64,000 nucleotides of DNA from Squalus acanthias (GCA_030390025.1 JASTWF010000035.1:3472001-3536000), one strand, 5' to 3'. Positions 23,851 to 38,688 are shown, counted from the first letter of the stretch. The notes: generated from the letters alone by a model not told the origin. Numbers and translations: made by a program.

Positions 23851-24985
23851 ATGGGATAAAGGGGAAAGTATTGACGTGGATAGAGAACTGGCTGTCAGAT
23901 AGAAAACAGAGAGTTGGAATAAACGGCTCATTTTCTGAATGGCAGGCAGTAACAAGTGGGGTACCACAGGGATCTGTCCTGGGTCCCCAGCTGTTCACAA
24001 TTTACATTAATGACCTGGATCAGGGAGTCGGATGCAGCATTTCCAAATTTGCAGACGACACTAAACTAGGAGGGGGGGTGGGCTCAGAGGAGGAGACCAG
24101 GAAGCTCCAGAGCGATTTGGACAGACTGGGTGATTGGGCGGATAAATGGCAGATGCACTATAATGTGGACAAGTGCGAAGTTATCCACCTTGGGTGCAGG
24201 AACGGGAGGGCAAATTATTATTTAAATGGCAATAAATTGGGAGAGGGGGAAGTACAGAGAGACCTGGGTGTTCTTGTACACCAGTCACTGAAGGCGAGCA
24301 TGCAGGTGCAACAGGCGGTCAAGAAGGCAAACGGTATGCTGGCCTTCATAGCAAAAGGGTTGGAATACAGGAACAGGGATACCTTGCTGCAGCTGTACAG
24401 GTCACTGGTGAGACCACACCTCGAGTACTGTGTACAGTTTTGGTCGCCTCATCTGAGGAAAGATGTTCTTGCCATGGAGGGGGTGCAGCGGCGATTCACC
24501 AGGCTGATACCAGGAATGGCGGGATTGACCTATGAGGAGAGACTATGTAGTTTAGGGATGTACACACTGGAGTTTAGAAGATTGAGAGGGACCTCATAGA
24601 AGTGTATAAAATTCTGACAGGTCTAGACAGACTAGATGCAGAAGGAATGTTTCCCTTGGCGGGTGAGAACAGAACTAGAGGACATAATTTAAGGATAAGG
24701 GCTAAACCATTTAGGACAGAAATGAGGGGGAATTTCTTCACTCAGAGGGTGGTGAACCTGTGGAACTCATTGCCACAGAGGGCAGTGTACGCCAGCTCAT
24801 TAAATATATTTAAGAGGGAATTAGATATATTTCTACAGGCAAAAGGGGTTAAGGGTTACGGAGAGAAGGCGGGGACGGGATACTGAATTGGAGGATCAGC
24901 CATGATCTCATTAAATGGCGGAGCAGGCTCGAAGGGCCGGATGGCCTACTCCTGCTCCTATCTTCTATGTATCTATGTATCTATG
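23851..24985 (+). mobile_element. Young 5'-truncated CR1, near-identical to 41415-42550
   Basis: Tail TATGTATCTATGTATCTATG; short GAAA duplication; one frameshift near 24590. Confidence 0.95.
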
Positions 24986-25449
24986 AAAGGCCGGGGCAGT
25001 ATTACTGAATCACATAACTTTACATGAGTTGTGGAATCATTCTGAAGGCTGAAATTTCAGAAAAGTAAACAGTTTACACAATGAACGGTTACAGCGAGCT
25101 TCGAAGTAATGATCGAGATTCAGGATATTGGACTCTCATGCAATTAAACATTGAAAGAGGTTTAAATTTGACTCCGTGTAGATTCCAAAGGACATAAGTC
25201 CTCAGGTAGTAGACCACTCAGCGAAGTGAAGGCAGGAAAGTGAATAGTTATATTTTTTATTCTTATGTTTGGAATATATTAATTTTTATGTTAATATTTT
25301 AAATAAAATATATTGTCCCGATTGCTAGAGAGTGAGTGTCTTGGTGAACCTCTTCAGGCAAAACTTTTTTTTAATGTTTCAATTCATGCGGTGTAATGCA
25401 GACTAAGGTGAGCTGTGGATGTGTAACCCAAGAAGACGGTCTTGAACAT

Positions 25450-27590
25450 GCATACTAACATACGAATTAAGAGCAGGAGTAGGCCACTCGGCCCTTCGAG
25501 CCTGCTCCGCCATTCAATAAGATCGTGGCTGATCTGATGACTCCACATTCCCGCCTACCCCCGATAACTTTTCACCCCCTTGCTTACCAAGAATCTATCT
25601 ACCTCTGCCTTAAAAATATTTAAAGATTCTGCTTCCACCGCCCTCTGAGGAAGAGAGTTCCAAAGACTCACGACCCTCTGTGAGAAAAAAATTCTCCTCA
25701 TCTCTGTCTTAAATGGGCGACCCCTTATTTTTAAACAGTGACCCCTAGTTCTAGATTCTCCCACAAGAGGAAACAGCCTCTCCACATCCACCCTGTCCAG
25801 ACCCCTCAGGATAATATATGTTTCAATCAAGTCACCTCTTGCTCTTCTAAACTCCAGCGTATACAAGTCTAGCCTGTCCAACTTTTCCTCATAAGACAAC
25901 CCGCCCATTCCAGGAATTCGTCTAGTAAACCTTCTCTGAACTGCTTCCAACGCATTTACATTCTTCCTTAAATAAGGAGACCAATACTGTACACAGTACT
26001 CCAGATGTGGTCTCACCAATGCCCTGTATAACTGAAGCATAACCTCACTACTTTTGTATTCAATTCCCCTCGCAATAAACGATAACATTCTATTAGCTTC
26101 CCTAATTATTTGCTGTACCTGCATAGTAACCTTTTGCGATTCATGCACTAGGACACCCAGATCCCTCTGCATTTCAGAGCTCTGCAATCTCTCACCATTT
26201 AGATAATATGCTTTTTTATTCTTCCTGCCAAAATGGACAACTTCACATTTTCCCACATTATACTCCATTTACCAGATCTTTGCCCACTTACTTAACCTAT
26301 CTATATCCCTTTGTAGCCTCCTTATGTCCTCTTCACAATTTACTTTCCTACCTATCTTTGTGTCATCAGCAAATTTAGCAACCATACCTTCAGTCCCTTC
26401 ATCCAAGTCATTTATATAAATTGTAAAAAGTTGAGGCCCCAGCACTGATCCCTGTGGCACACCACTCGTTACATCTTGCCAATCAGAAAATGACCCATTT
26501 ATGCCTACTCTCTGTTTCCTGTTAGCTAGCCAATCTTCTATCCATGCCAATATGTTACTCCCTACACCATGAGCTTTTATTTTCGCAATAACCTTTGATG
26601 TGGCACCTTATCAAATGCCTTCTAGAAATCTAAGTACAGTACATCCATTGGTTCCCCTTTATCCACAGCACATGTTACTTCCTCAAAGAACTCCAATAAA
26701 TTGGTTAAACATGATTTCCCTTTCACAAAACCATGTTGACTCTGCCTGATTACTTTGAACTTTTCTAAGTGCCCTGCTATAACATCTTTAATAATAGCTT
26801 CTAACATCTTCCCTATGACAGATGTTAAGCTAACTGGCCTGTAGTTTCCTGCTTTCTGTCTCCCTCTTTTTGAATAAAGGAGTCACATTCGCCATTTTCC
26901 AATCTAATGGAACCTTCCCCGAATCTAGGTAATTTTGGAAAATTAAAACCAACGCATCAACTATCTCACTAGCCACTTTTAAGACCCTAGGATGAAGTCC
27001 ATCAGGACCCGGGGACTTGTCAGCCCGCAGCTCCAACAATTTGCTCAGTACCACTTCCCTGGTGATTGTAATTTTCTTGAGTTCCTCCCTCCCTTCCATT
27101 TCCTGATTTACAGCTATTTCTGGGATGTTACTTGTATCCTCTATAGTGAAGACCGATGCAAAATACCTGTTCAATTCAACTGCCATCTCCTTATTTTCCA
27201 TTATTAATTCCCCAGACTCACTTTTTATAGGACCAACACTCACTTTGTTAACTCTTACTATCTGTTTTTATATTTCCAGCTAGCTTTCTCTCGTACTCTA
27301 ATTTTTCTCTCCTTATTAATCTTTTAGTCATTCTTTGCTGTTTTTTATATTCTGTCCAATCTTCTGACCTGCCACCCATCTTTGCGCAATTATATGCTTT
27401 TTCTTTAAGTTTAATACTATCTTTAACTTTTTTAGTTAACCACGGATGGTGGGTCCTCCCTTTGGAATTTTTCTATCTTATTGGAATGTATATATTCTGT
27501 GTATTTTGAAATATCCCCTTAAATGTCTGCCACTGCAACTCTATTGACCTATCCCTTAACCTAATTTGCCAGTTCACTTTGGAACTGGAA
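25450..27590 (-). mobile_element. 5'-truncated CR1 (RT and 3' UTR)
   Basis: Collinear ORFs 26830-27243, 26622-26807, 26269-26550 and 25555-26268. Confidence 0.92.
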
Positions 27591-27598
27591 ATGTTAAT

Positions 27599-30500
27599 GG
27601 CCCTGAATTTGCGGTTGGCGGCTTCCCGCTGGGAAATGCCTCCGATCTGCAAATAAAATCCGCTCCTACCTGGTGGTCCGGGAGGTACGGAGTTTTGCGG
27701 CCATGGGCCTCTCCGGTTACCTGCAGGAAGAGGCCCACGTATAAGAACATAAGAAATAGGAGCAGGAGTAGGCCATACGGCCCCTTGAGCCTGCTCCGCC
27801 ATTCAATAAGCTTTTGGCGGATCATCGATCTCAACTCTACTTTCCTGCCCGATCTCCATATCCCTTGATTCCCCTAGAGTCCAAAAATCTATCTGTCTCA
27901 GCCTTGAATATACTCAAAGACACAGCATTCACAGCCCTCTGGGGCAGAGAATTCCAAAGATTCACAACCCTTTAAGTGAAGAAATTCCTCCTCATCTCGG
28001 TCTTAAATGGCCTACCCCTTATCCTGAGACTATGCCCCCTAGTTCTAGACTCTCCAGCCAGGGGAAACAACCTCTCAGCATCTACTCTGTCAATCCCCTT
28101 CAGAATCTTGTATGTTTCAATGAGATCACCTCTTATTCTTCTAAACTCCAGAGAGTATAGGCCCATTCTACACAATCTCTCATCATAGGACAGTCCCCTC
28201 ATCCCAGGAATCAACCTAGTGAACCTTCGTTGCATCGCCTCCAAGGCAAGTATATCCTTCCTTAGATAAGGAGACCAAAACTGTGCACAGTACTCCAGGT
28301 GTGGTCTCACCAAGGCCCTGTACTCTTATTCTCCAACTGCCTTGCAATAAAGGCCAACATGCCATTTGTGTTCCTTATTGTTTGCTGTACCTGCATGCTA
28401 GCTTTCTGTGTTTCTTGCACGAGGACACCCAAATCTCTGTGAACACCAACATTTGAAAGTTACTCATCATTTAAAAAATATTCTGTTATTTTAGTCATCC
28501 TACCAAAGTGAATAACCTCACATTATCCCTACATTATACTCCACCTGCCACCTTACTACCCACACACTTAGTCTATCTATAACCCTTTGCAGACTCTTTG
28601 TGTTCTCTTCACACCTTACTGTCCCACCTAGCTTTGTATCATTAGCAAACTTGGATACATTACACCCGGTCCCTTCGTCTAGGTCATTAATATAGATTGT
28701 AAATAGCTGAGGCCCTAACACTGATCCTTGCGGCACCCCACTAGTTACAGCCTGCCAACCTGAAATAGATCCTTTATCCCTACTCTCTGTTTTCTGTCCG
28801 TTAACCAATCCTCTATCCATGCTACTAGATTACCCCCAACCCCATGAGCCCTAATCTTGTGTAATAACCTTTTGTGTAGCACCTTATCGAATGCCTTTTG
28901 GAAATCCAAATATACTACATCCACTGGTTCCTCTTTATCTACCCTGCTAGTTACATCCTCAAAAAACTAATACATTTGTCAAACACGATTTCCCTTTCAT
29001 AAAACCATGTTGACTCTGCCTAATCATGCTATGATTTTCTAAGTGCCCTGATACCACTTCCTTAACAATGGATTCCAGCATTTTCCCGACAACTGATATC
29101 AGGCTAACTGGCTTGTAGTTCCCTGTTTTTTCTCTCCCTCGTTTCTTGAATAGCGGTGTTACATTTGCGACCTTCCAATCCGCTGGGACCATTCTAGAAT
29201 CTAGAGAATTTTGGAAGATCAAAACCAACACATCCACTATCTCTTCAGCCACCTCTTTTAGCACCCTAGGACGTAGGCCGTCAGGTCCAGGGGATTTGTT
29301 GGCTTTTAGTCCCATTAGTTTCTCTAGTACTTTTTCTCTACTTATATTAATTACGTTAAGTTCCTCACCCTCATTAGACCCTTGGTTCCCCACCATTTTT
29401 GGTATGCTTTTTGTGTCTTCTACTGTGAAGACAGATACAAAATATTTGTTTAACATTTCTGCCATTTCCTTATTCCCCATAATAATTTCTCCTGTCTCAG
29501 CCACTAAGGGACCAACGTTTACTTTCGCTACTCTCTTCCTTTTTACATACTTATAGAAGCTCTTACAATCTGCTTTTATATTTCTTGCTAGTTTTCTCAT
29601 TCTATTTTTTCCCTTTTTATCAATTTTTTGGTTATCCTTTGCTGGTTTCTGAAACTCTCCCAATCCTCAGGCTTACTATTATTCTTCGCGACATTATAAA
29701 CTTCTTTCAATCTAATGCTATCCTTTACTTCTTTAGTTAGCCACGGTTGGATCATTTTATTCCCATGGAGTTTTTGTTTCTCAATGGAATGTATTTTTGT
29801 TGAGAATTATGAAATATTTCTTTAAATGCTAGCCACTGCTTATCTACCGCCATACCTTTTAATCTATTTTTCCAATCTACCATAGCCAACTCGCCCCTCA
29901 TACCTATATAATTGGCTTTATTTAAGTTTGAGACTCTAGTTTCGGACTTAGGCAAGTCACTCTCAAACTTAACGTGAAATTCTAACATGTTATCACTCTG
30001 CCCCAGAGGATTCTTTACTATGGGATTGCTAAGTAACCTTGTCTCGTTACACAATACAAGATCTAAAATAGCCTGTTCCCTGGTTGGTTCCATGACGTAT
30101 TGTTCCCGAATGCATTCCATGAACTCGTCCTCCAGACTACATTTGCCAATTTGATTTGTCCAGTCTATATGAAGATTGAAGTCCCCCACGATTATTGCAT
30201 TACCTTTGTTGCAAGCTCCTACTATTTCTTGATTAATATTCTGTCCAACGGTATAGCTACTTTAGGGGGCCTATATACTACTCCCACCAGTGTTTTTTGC
30301 CCCTGATTATTCCTTATCTGCACCCATACTGATTCTACTCTAAGGATAACGGGTAAGCCATTTAGGACAGAAATGAGGAAGAATTTCTTCACCCAGAGAG
30401 TGGTGAACCTGTGGAATTCTCTACCACAGAAGGTAGTTGAGGCCAAGTCATTAAATATATTCAAGAATGAGTTAGATATATTTCTTAAAGCTAAAGGTAT

Positions 30501-31457
30501 CAAGGGATATGGGGAGAAGGCAGGTACAGGGTACTGAGTTTGGATGATCAGCCATGATCTCATCAAATGGCGGAGCAGGCTCGAGGGGCCGAATGGCCTA
30601 CTCCTGCTCCTATCTTCTATGTTTTTATGTTTCTGCTTGCTGATCTTCTGAGCCGAGATCCTTTCTCTCTACTGTCCTTATGTCATCCTTTATTATCAGG
30701 GCTACTCCCCCTCCTTTTCCATTCTGCCTGTCTTTTCGAAACGTTAAGTACCGTGGAACATTTAGTTCCCAATCTTGGCCACCTTGCAACCACGTCTCTG
30801 TAATGGCTATAGGATCAAACCCATTTATCTCTATTTGTGCCACTAGTTCGTCTTATCTTGTTGTGAATGCTTTGTGCATTCAGATCAAGAGCGCCCCTGG
30901 GATTACGTGGGCCGGCCCAACGAATGACAGAAGGGGATCCCCATTCATTCTTATCGGGATTCCGTATGTACGGAAACCCCATAAGTATGATTGGGAATAC
31001 CCCCAAAAAAATCAAAAAAAGCTATCACATATTTAATATGAATTAAAATGGCATTTAAGTAAATTGAAAACAAAAATTTAATTTTTTGAAAATAACTTTA
31101 CATGTTTTAAAGGGGCTAAAAATAAACTTACCCTTATTTAACAAGTTATTAAATGTATAAATTATTGATATAATTTTATGTTTCTGTTTTTTAAAACTCT
31201 TACGCTAAGGCCTGCTTTTACTAGGCGTAAGAATTTCACGGGCATTCACTGGGCAGAAGCTGGGCAAATAGCCCAACTCTCTGCCCGCGATGCCCTTTTT
31301 CCGAGGATGCAGAGGCTCTGTCAAGAAAATTCTTGACAGATCGCAAGTTCTGGGTTTTAGCGCATGCTCAGCGCATGCCTAAACCCGGAACTTGTGAAGC
31401 CCTTACGGGCGCATACACACCTCGCTCGCACCCGTAGGGGCTGCAAATTACGGCCCA
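27599..31457. mobile_element. Non-autonomous DNA transposon (PIF/Harbinger-superfamily-like MITE, ~0.7 kb) split by a CR1
   Basis: Imperfect TIRs GGCCCTGAATTTGCGG ... CTGCAAATTACGGCCC, flanked by AT on both sides; internal hairpin at 30933-31004. Confidence 0.55.
27741..30886 (-). mobile_element. CR1 with near-complete, decayed ORF2; nested + strand CR1 3' fragment at ~30339-30632
   Basis: EN start LNAQSIHNK, AITETWL, GDFN, RT and tail CTTATGTTCTTAT; the host reads SEDQQ|VESVWV across the insert. Confidence 0.92.
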
Positions 31458-32577
31458 TTGTGAATGAGTGTCTGTCTGATTAAAGCTGAAAACAATACCA
31501 AGGCGGGAGGGAAAGGGAAGCGACTTTTAATCTTAAATTAGGCCGCAGTTCTACAAGCGCATTAGCCCCCATGGCAAGTGGTTTTGGGTGCACTTCAATG
31601 AAAAAGTGTTGGGATAACCTAAGAGATAATTGAAGGTACTAAAGGCGTGAGGCATGAGTCCCGTACGGGTTTATGTTTGCACAGAGTGCATGTTAACTCC
31701 AGCTTTAGTTTCTCACCTCCTTCCAGCAAATGTTGGAAACAAAGGTATTGCTAATGTCTGGTGTAATAATGTAACAGAACAAGTCATTTGGTTCATCGGG
31801 TGTTTTCCTCTCACCAACAATATCCAGTCTATTTGTTTTTGGGATGGCATGTTAAATCTGTTCCTGTGGTTCAGATGGATTAATAAGGGACAGCCAGCAC
31901 AGATTTGTTAAAGACAAATCCTATCTGATTGAAGTAGCATGGGATGTGTGAGACTTTGCCCAGAATGTATATTGAAGTGAAGTTCCTTTTCTGCAAACCT
32001 CTAGACATTGACATAATGGCCATGTTTGGTTTAACGGCTAATCAGTTTATCCTCATGCTTCCTGTTACAGAGGAACAGGAGATGATCTGGAAAATTTCAG
32101 ATAGTTAATGTGACCTTGCTAACAGTTGCTAATGTATTAGATTCGGTGCCTCTATTGTTGTGGCCCAATCTGCCATTAACAACTCACAGGGGATGAGTCC
32201 CCACCTGTCTCTTACGTCCTCCACCATTCTCCCAACTAATCTCTACTATTTGCATATCCTTCCTCAGATAAGGAGACCAAAACTGTGCACAGTACTCCAG
32301 ATGTGGTCTCACCAAAGCCCTGTACAATCGTAGTAAGACTTCCTTACTCTTAAGAGTAATTTTGTGGAGAATGTTTGAGAGCAAAACATTAGAAGCAAAA
32401 TTTGTAAATTAACATCTTTATGTAACCATACTAGTAAACATTTCCAAGTCAGTCTGATTAGTTCTTCAGTCCAGGAAGAAAGATGAATGTTTATTTCTGT
32501 TAAATCATAGCTTTTCCTGCTTCGGTAACATAATAAGAACATATTCTTCAAGGGAGAACCAGACCAAATGCAGTAAG

Positions 32578-35149
32578 TTGAGAGGGGAAGTGAAGATGAA
32601 AGTAAGATTGGCAAAGAGAGAATATGAGAGTAGAATGGCGGTTAACATAAAAGGGAACCCAAAAATCTTCTACTGGCATGTAAACAGTAAGTGGGTAGTA
32701 AGAGGCGGGGTGGAGCCTATTAGAGACAAAGAAGGTGATATATGCTTAGAGGCGCAGGGCAAGGCTAGAATACTCAATGAGTACTTTGTATCGGTGTTTA
32801 CTGAGGAGGTGGTTGCTGACAAAATATCAGTAGAAGTGGAAAAGGTAGAAGCAATGGAAGGGGTGAAAATTGATAGACAGGATCTACTAGAAAGGCTTGG
32901 TATGCTTAGAGTGGATAAGTCGCCTGGTCCAGATGGCTTGCATCCCAGGTTGCTAAGAAGCATAGAAAATAGGAGCAGGAGTAGGCCATTCGGCCCCTCG
33001 AGCCTGCTCCGCCATTTAATGAGATCATGGCTGATCATCCAAATTCAGTACCCTGTACCTGCTTTCTCCTCATATCCCTTGATCCCTTTAGCCTTAAGAA
33101 ATATATCTATCTCCTTCTTGAATATATTAAATGAATTGGCCTCAACTGCCTTCTGTAGTAGAGAATTCCACAGGTTCACCACTCTCTGGGTGAAGAAATT
33201 CCTCCTCATCTCAGTCCTAAATGGCTTACCCCTTATCCTTAGACTGTGACCTCTGGTTCTGGACACCCCCGCCATCGGGAACATCCTTCCTGCATCTAGT
33301 CTGTCTAGTCCTGTTAGAATTTTATAAGTTTCAATGAGATCCCCTCTCATTCTTCTAAACTCTAGCGAATATAAGCCTAATCGACCCAATCTCTCTTCAT
33401 ACGTCATTCCTGCCATCCCAGGTATCAGTCTGGTAAATCTTCGCTGCACTCCCTCCATGGCAAGAACATCCTTCCTCAGATAAGGCGACCAAAACTGCAC
33501 ACAATACTCAAGGTGTGGTCTCACCAAGGCCTTGTACAACTGCAGCAAGACATCCTTGCTCCTGTACTCGAATCCTCTCGCTATGAAGGCCAACATACCA
33601 TTTGCCTTCTTAACCGCCTGCTGCACCTGCATGCTTACCTACAGCGACTGGTGCACAAGGACTCCCAGATCTCGTTGCACTTCCCCTTTTCCCAATCTAT
33701 TGCCATTCAGATAATAATCTGTCTTCCTGTTTTTGCCATCAAAGTGGATAACCTCGCATTTATCCACATTGGGCAGATGCATGGCAGATGCAGTATAATC
33801 ACCCAACCTGTCCAAATCATACTGGAGTTTCTCTGCATCCTCCTCACAGCACACACACCCACCCAGCTTTGTGTCATCTGCAAACTTGGAGATATTACAT
33901 CTAGTTCCCTCGTCTAGATCATTAATATATATTGTGAATAGCTGGGGTCCTAGGACCGATCCCTGCGGTACCCCACTAGTCACTGCCTGCCACTCGGAAA
34001 AAGACCCGTTTATTCCAACTCTTTGCTTCCTGTCTGCCAACCAGTTCTCTATCCAAATCAGTACCTTACCCCCAATCCCATGTGCTTTAACTTTGCACGC
34101 TAATCTCTTATGCGGGACCTTATCGAAAGCCTTCTGAAAGTCCAAATACACCACATCCACTGGTTCTCCCTCATCTATTCTACCAGTTACATCCTCAAAA
34201 AATTCTAGTAGATTAGTCAGGCAATTAAGAGAATTGGGGGAGGAGATAGCAGAAGGGCTTGCCATAATTTTCCAATCTTCCCTAGATGCGGGGGAGGTGC
34301 CTGAGAATTGGAAAGTGGCAAATGTGACACCATTGTTCAAGAAAGGGTGCAAGGACAATCCTAGTAACTACAGGCCGGTCAGTTTAACATCAGTGGTGGG
34401 TAAAGTTTTAGAAACAATAATCAAAGAAAAAATTAACGGGCACTTGGAGAGGTTTAAGCTAATTAAGGAGAGCCAACACGGATTTGTAAAAGGCAGATCG
34501 TGTTTGACTAATCTAATTGAATTTTTTGATGAAGTAACAGGGAGGATTGATGAAGGGAATGCAATGGATGTTGTCTACATGGATTTTCGGAAGGCGTTTG
34601 AGAAAGTACCACATAGAAGGCTGGTTAACAAAATTGAGGCTCATGGAATGGGTGAGTCAGTGGCAGCTTGAATAAGGAATTGGCTTAAGGATAGAAAACA
34701 GCGAGTTGTAAATGGCTGTTTTTCAGACTGGCGGATGGTAGACAGTGGTGTTCCCCAAGGGTTAATGCTGGGGCCACTGCTTTTTTTGATATATATAAAT
34801 GACCTGGATATTGGAATACGGAGTAGAATTTCTAAATTTGCTGATGACACCAAACCTGGGGGTGTGGCAAACAGTGAGGATGATACCAATCGACTGCAAC
34901 AGGACATAGAAAGGCTAGCAGAATGGGCAGACAAGTGGCAGATGAAATTTAATACAGGGAAGTGTGAGGTGATGCATTTTGGCAGAAGGAACAGGGAGAG
35001 GCAATATACACTTAATGGCACAGTTTTGAAGAGTGACCTGGGAGTTAATGTGCATAGGTCCATGAAGTTGGCAGGACATATTGAGAGAGTGGTTAGCAAA
35101 GCATATGGGATCTTGGGCTTCATAAATAGAGGTATTGAGTACAAAAACA
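32578..35149 (+). mobile_element. CR1 ORF2 fragment (pieces 32578-32958 and 34226-35149)
   Basis: HPRLLR|ELGEEIAEG is continuous across the insert. Confidence 0.88.
32959..34225 (-). mobile_element. 5'-truncated CR1 with TSD TAAGA
   Basis: TAAGA at 32954-32958 and 34226-34230; RT, C-terminus and tail. Confidence 0.92.
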
Positions 35150-35213
35150 AATTTGGCTACAGTACACTCGGTCCCTTCATCCAAGTCATTAATATAGATT
35201 ATAAGTAGTTGAA

Positions 35214-36370
35214 GTCCCGCATAAGAGATTAGCGTGCAAAGTTAAAGCACATGGGATTGGGGGTAAGGTACTGACTTGGATAGAGAACTGGTTGGCAGAC
35301 ACGAAGCAAAGAGTTGGAATAAACGGGTCTTTTTCCGAGTGGCAGGCAGTGACTAGTGGGGTACCGCAGGGATCGGTGCTAGGACCCCAGTTATTCACAA
35401 TATATATTAATGATCTAGACGAGGGAACGAGATGCAATATCTCCAAGTTTGCAGACGACACAAAGCTGGGTGGGCGTGTGTGCTGTGAGGAGGATGCAGA
35501 GAAACTCCAGCATGATTTGGACAAGTTGGGTGATTGGGCAGAAGCATGGCAGATGCAGTATAATGTGGATAAATGTGAGGTTATCCACTTTGGTGGCAAA
35601 AACAGGAAGACAGATTATTATCTGAACGGCAATAGATTGGGTAAAGGGGAAGTGCAACGAGACCTGGGAGTCCTTGTGCACCAGTCGCTGAAGGTAAGCA
35701 TGCAGGTGCAGCAGGCGGTTAAGGCAAATGGTATGTTGGCCTTCGTAGCTAGAGGATTCGAGTACAGAAGCAAGGATGTCTTGCTGCAGTTGTACAAGGC
35801 CTTGGTGAGACCACACCTTGAGTATTGTGTGCAGTTTTGGTCGCCTTATCTGAGGAAGGATGTTCTTGCCATGGAGGGAGTGCAGCGAAGATTTACCAGA
35901 CTGATACCTGGGATGGCAGGAAAGACGTATGAAGAAAGATTGGGTCGATTCGGCTTATCTTCGCTAGAGTTTAGAAGAATGAGAGGGGATCTCATTGAAA
36001 CTTATAAAATTCTAGCAGGACTAGACAGACTAGATGCAGGAAGGATGTTCCCGATGGCGGGGGTGTCCAGAACCAGGGGTCACAGTCTAAGGATAAGGGG
36101 TAAGCTATTTAGGACTGAGATGAGAAGGAATTTCTTCACCCAGAGAGTGGTGAACCTGTGGAATTCTCTACCACAGAAGGCAGTTGAGGCCAATTCATTA
36201 AATATATTCAAGAAGGAGTTAGATATATTTCTTAAGCCTAAAGGGATATGGGGAGAAAGCAGGGACAGGGTACTGAATTTGGATGATCAGCCATGATCTC
36301 ATTAAATGGCGGAGCAGGCTCGAGGGGCCGAATGGCCTACTCCTGCTCCTATCTTCTATGTTTCTATGTT
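35214..36370 (+). mobile_element. CR1 3' half (5' half at 46669-47170 on the - strand)
   Basis: Starts at VPHKRLACK; open ORF 35292-36296; tail TTCTATGTTTCTATG. Confidence 0.92.
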
Positions 36371-38322
36371 TCCAAATACTCCAGAATCTTTAGAGGAGTA
36401 CAGAAAGTGCAGGGGTGCAATTAAAAAGGATATTCGGAAAGCAAAGAGAGAGCATGAAAAATTCTTGGCAAGCAAAATCAAGGAAAACCCAAAGATGTTT
36501 TATAAATATATCAAGAGGAAGAGGATAACTAAAGAAAGGATAGGGCCTATTAGAGATCATGAAGGTAATCTGTGTGTGGAGGCGGGAGACGTCAGTAGTG
36601 TTCTTACTGAATACTTTGCGTCTGTTTTCACAAAGGAGAGGGGCGAAGCAGACATTGCTATCGGGGGGGGGGGGAGGAGTGTGAAATATTAGATGAAATA
36701 AACATAGTGAGAGAGGAAGTATTAAGGGGTTTAGCAGCTTTAAAAGTGGATAAATCCCCAGGCCCGGATTAAATGTATCCCAGGCTGTTAAGCGAAGCAA
36801 AAGAGGAAATAGCAGAGGCCCTGACCATCATTTTTCATTCCTCTCTGGCTTCAGGTGTGGTGCCGGAGGACTGGAGGACTGCTAATGTGGTACCCTTGTT
36901 TAAAAAGGGAGAAAAGGATAGACAGAGTAATTACAGGTCAGTCAGCCTAACCTCGGTGGTGGGAAAATTATTGGAATGAATTCTGAAGCACAGGATATAT
37001 CTTCATTTAGAAAGACACGGATTAATCGAGGATAGTCAGCACAGATTTGTTAAGGAAAGGTCGTGAATGACAAACTTGATTGAATTTTTTGAGGAGGTAA
37101 CAAGGAGGGTAGATGAGGGTAGTGCGTTTGATGTAGTGTATATGGACTTTAGCAAGGCTTTTGATAAGGTTCCACATGGCAGACTGGTCACAAAGTTAAA
37201 AGCCCATGGGATCCAGGGCAAAGTGTCAAGTTGGATTCAAAACTGGCTCAGAGACAGGAAGCAGAGGGTAATGGTTGATGGGTGTTTTTGTGACTGGAAG
37301 GCTGTTTCCAGTGGGGTTCCGCAGGGCTCAGTACTAGGTCCCTTGCTTTTTGCGGAACATATCAATGATCTAGACTTAAATATAGGGGGTATGATTAAGA
37401 AGTTTGCAGATGATACTAAAATCGGGTGTGTGGTTGATACTGAAGAAGGAAGCTGTAGACTGCAGGAAGATATCAATAAATTGGTCAGGTGGACAAAACT
37501 GGCAAATGGAATTCAATCCGGAGAAGTGTGAGGTAATGCATTTGGGGAGGGGTAACAAGGAAAGGGAACACACATTAAATGGTAGGACACTGAGTAGTGT
37601 AGAGGAACAAAGGGACCTTGGAGTGCATGTCCACAGATTCCTGAAGGTAGCAGGCCAGGTAGATAAGGTGGTTAAGAAGGCATACGGAATGCTTGCCTTT
37701 ATTAACCGTGGCATAGAATACAAGAGCCAGGTGGGTTATGCTTCAACTGTATAAAACACTAGTTAAGCCTCAGCTAGAGTACTGCATGCAGTTCTGGTCA
37801 CCACATTACAGGAAAGATGTGATTGCACTAGAGAGGGTACAGAGGAGATTTACAAGGATGTTGCCGGGAGTAGAGAATCTTAGCTATGAGGAAAGACTGG
37901 ATAGGCTGGGTCTGTTTTCCTTGGAACAGAGGAGGCTGAGGGGAGACCTTATTGAGGTGTATAAAATTATGAGGGGCATAGATAGAGTGGATAGAAAGGA
38001 CCTATTTCCCTTAGCAGAGGGGTCAAAAACCAGGGGGCACAGATTTAAAGTAATTGGTGGAAGGTTTAGAGGGGATTTGAGGGGAGATTTCTTCACCCAG
38101 CGGGTTGTGGGGGTCTGGAACTCACTGCCTGAAAGGGTGGTAGAGGCAGGAACCCTAACCACATTTAAAAAGTACTTGGATGTGCACTTGGGATACTCTA
38201 ACCTGCAGGGCTACGGACCAAGAGCTGGGAAGTGGGGATTGGGCTAGATAGCTCTTTGTTGGCCGGCACGGACACGATAGGCCGAAATGGCCTCCTTCCA
38301 TGCTGTAACTTTCTATGATTCT
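36371..38322 (+). mobile_element. CR1 ORF2 3' two-thirds plus tail (5' part at 47170-52420 on the - strand)
   Basis: NTPESLEEYRK through RT to tail TTTCTATGATTCTA. Confidence 0.9.
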
Positions 38323-38688
38323 AAGTGCAGCTACAACACTCAAGAAGCTCGGCATCATCCAGGACAAAGTAGCGTAATTGTTCGGCAGCCCCCACTGAAC
38401 TCAATATCCCCACCCTCTTATTAACAGAGCGCTGTGATGCAGTATGTACAGGATGCAATGCAGTGATTTGCACACGTTACTTCAATAGCACCCCCGAGCT
38501 CTACGACCTCTACTATCAAGAAGCTCAGGAGCAGCAAAGTCGTTAGAACACCATCAGCTCCAAGTTCCCCTCCGGGACACACTTGACTTGGACATAGAAC
38601 GCTGTATCTTCATTATTTCTGGATCAAAATCCTGGAATGACTTACCGAACACTGTCAAGGGGACATCATTGGCACAAGGAGAGCAGCA
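38323..38688 (+). mobile_element. Old, decayed family B 3' fragment
   Basis: SAATTLKKL..IQDK and SGSKSWNDLPN similarity. Confidence 0.65.

Noticed and set aside
23851..24985. Segmental duplication with 41415-42550
   Set aside because: Similarity stops exactly at the element ends and each copy has its own short TSD, so these are independent retrotranspositions.
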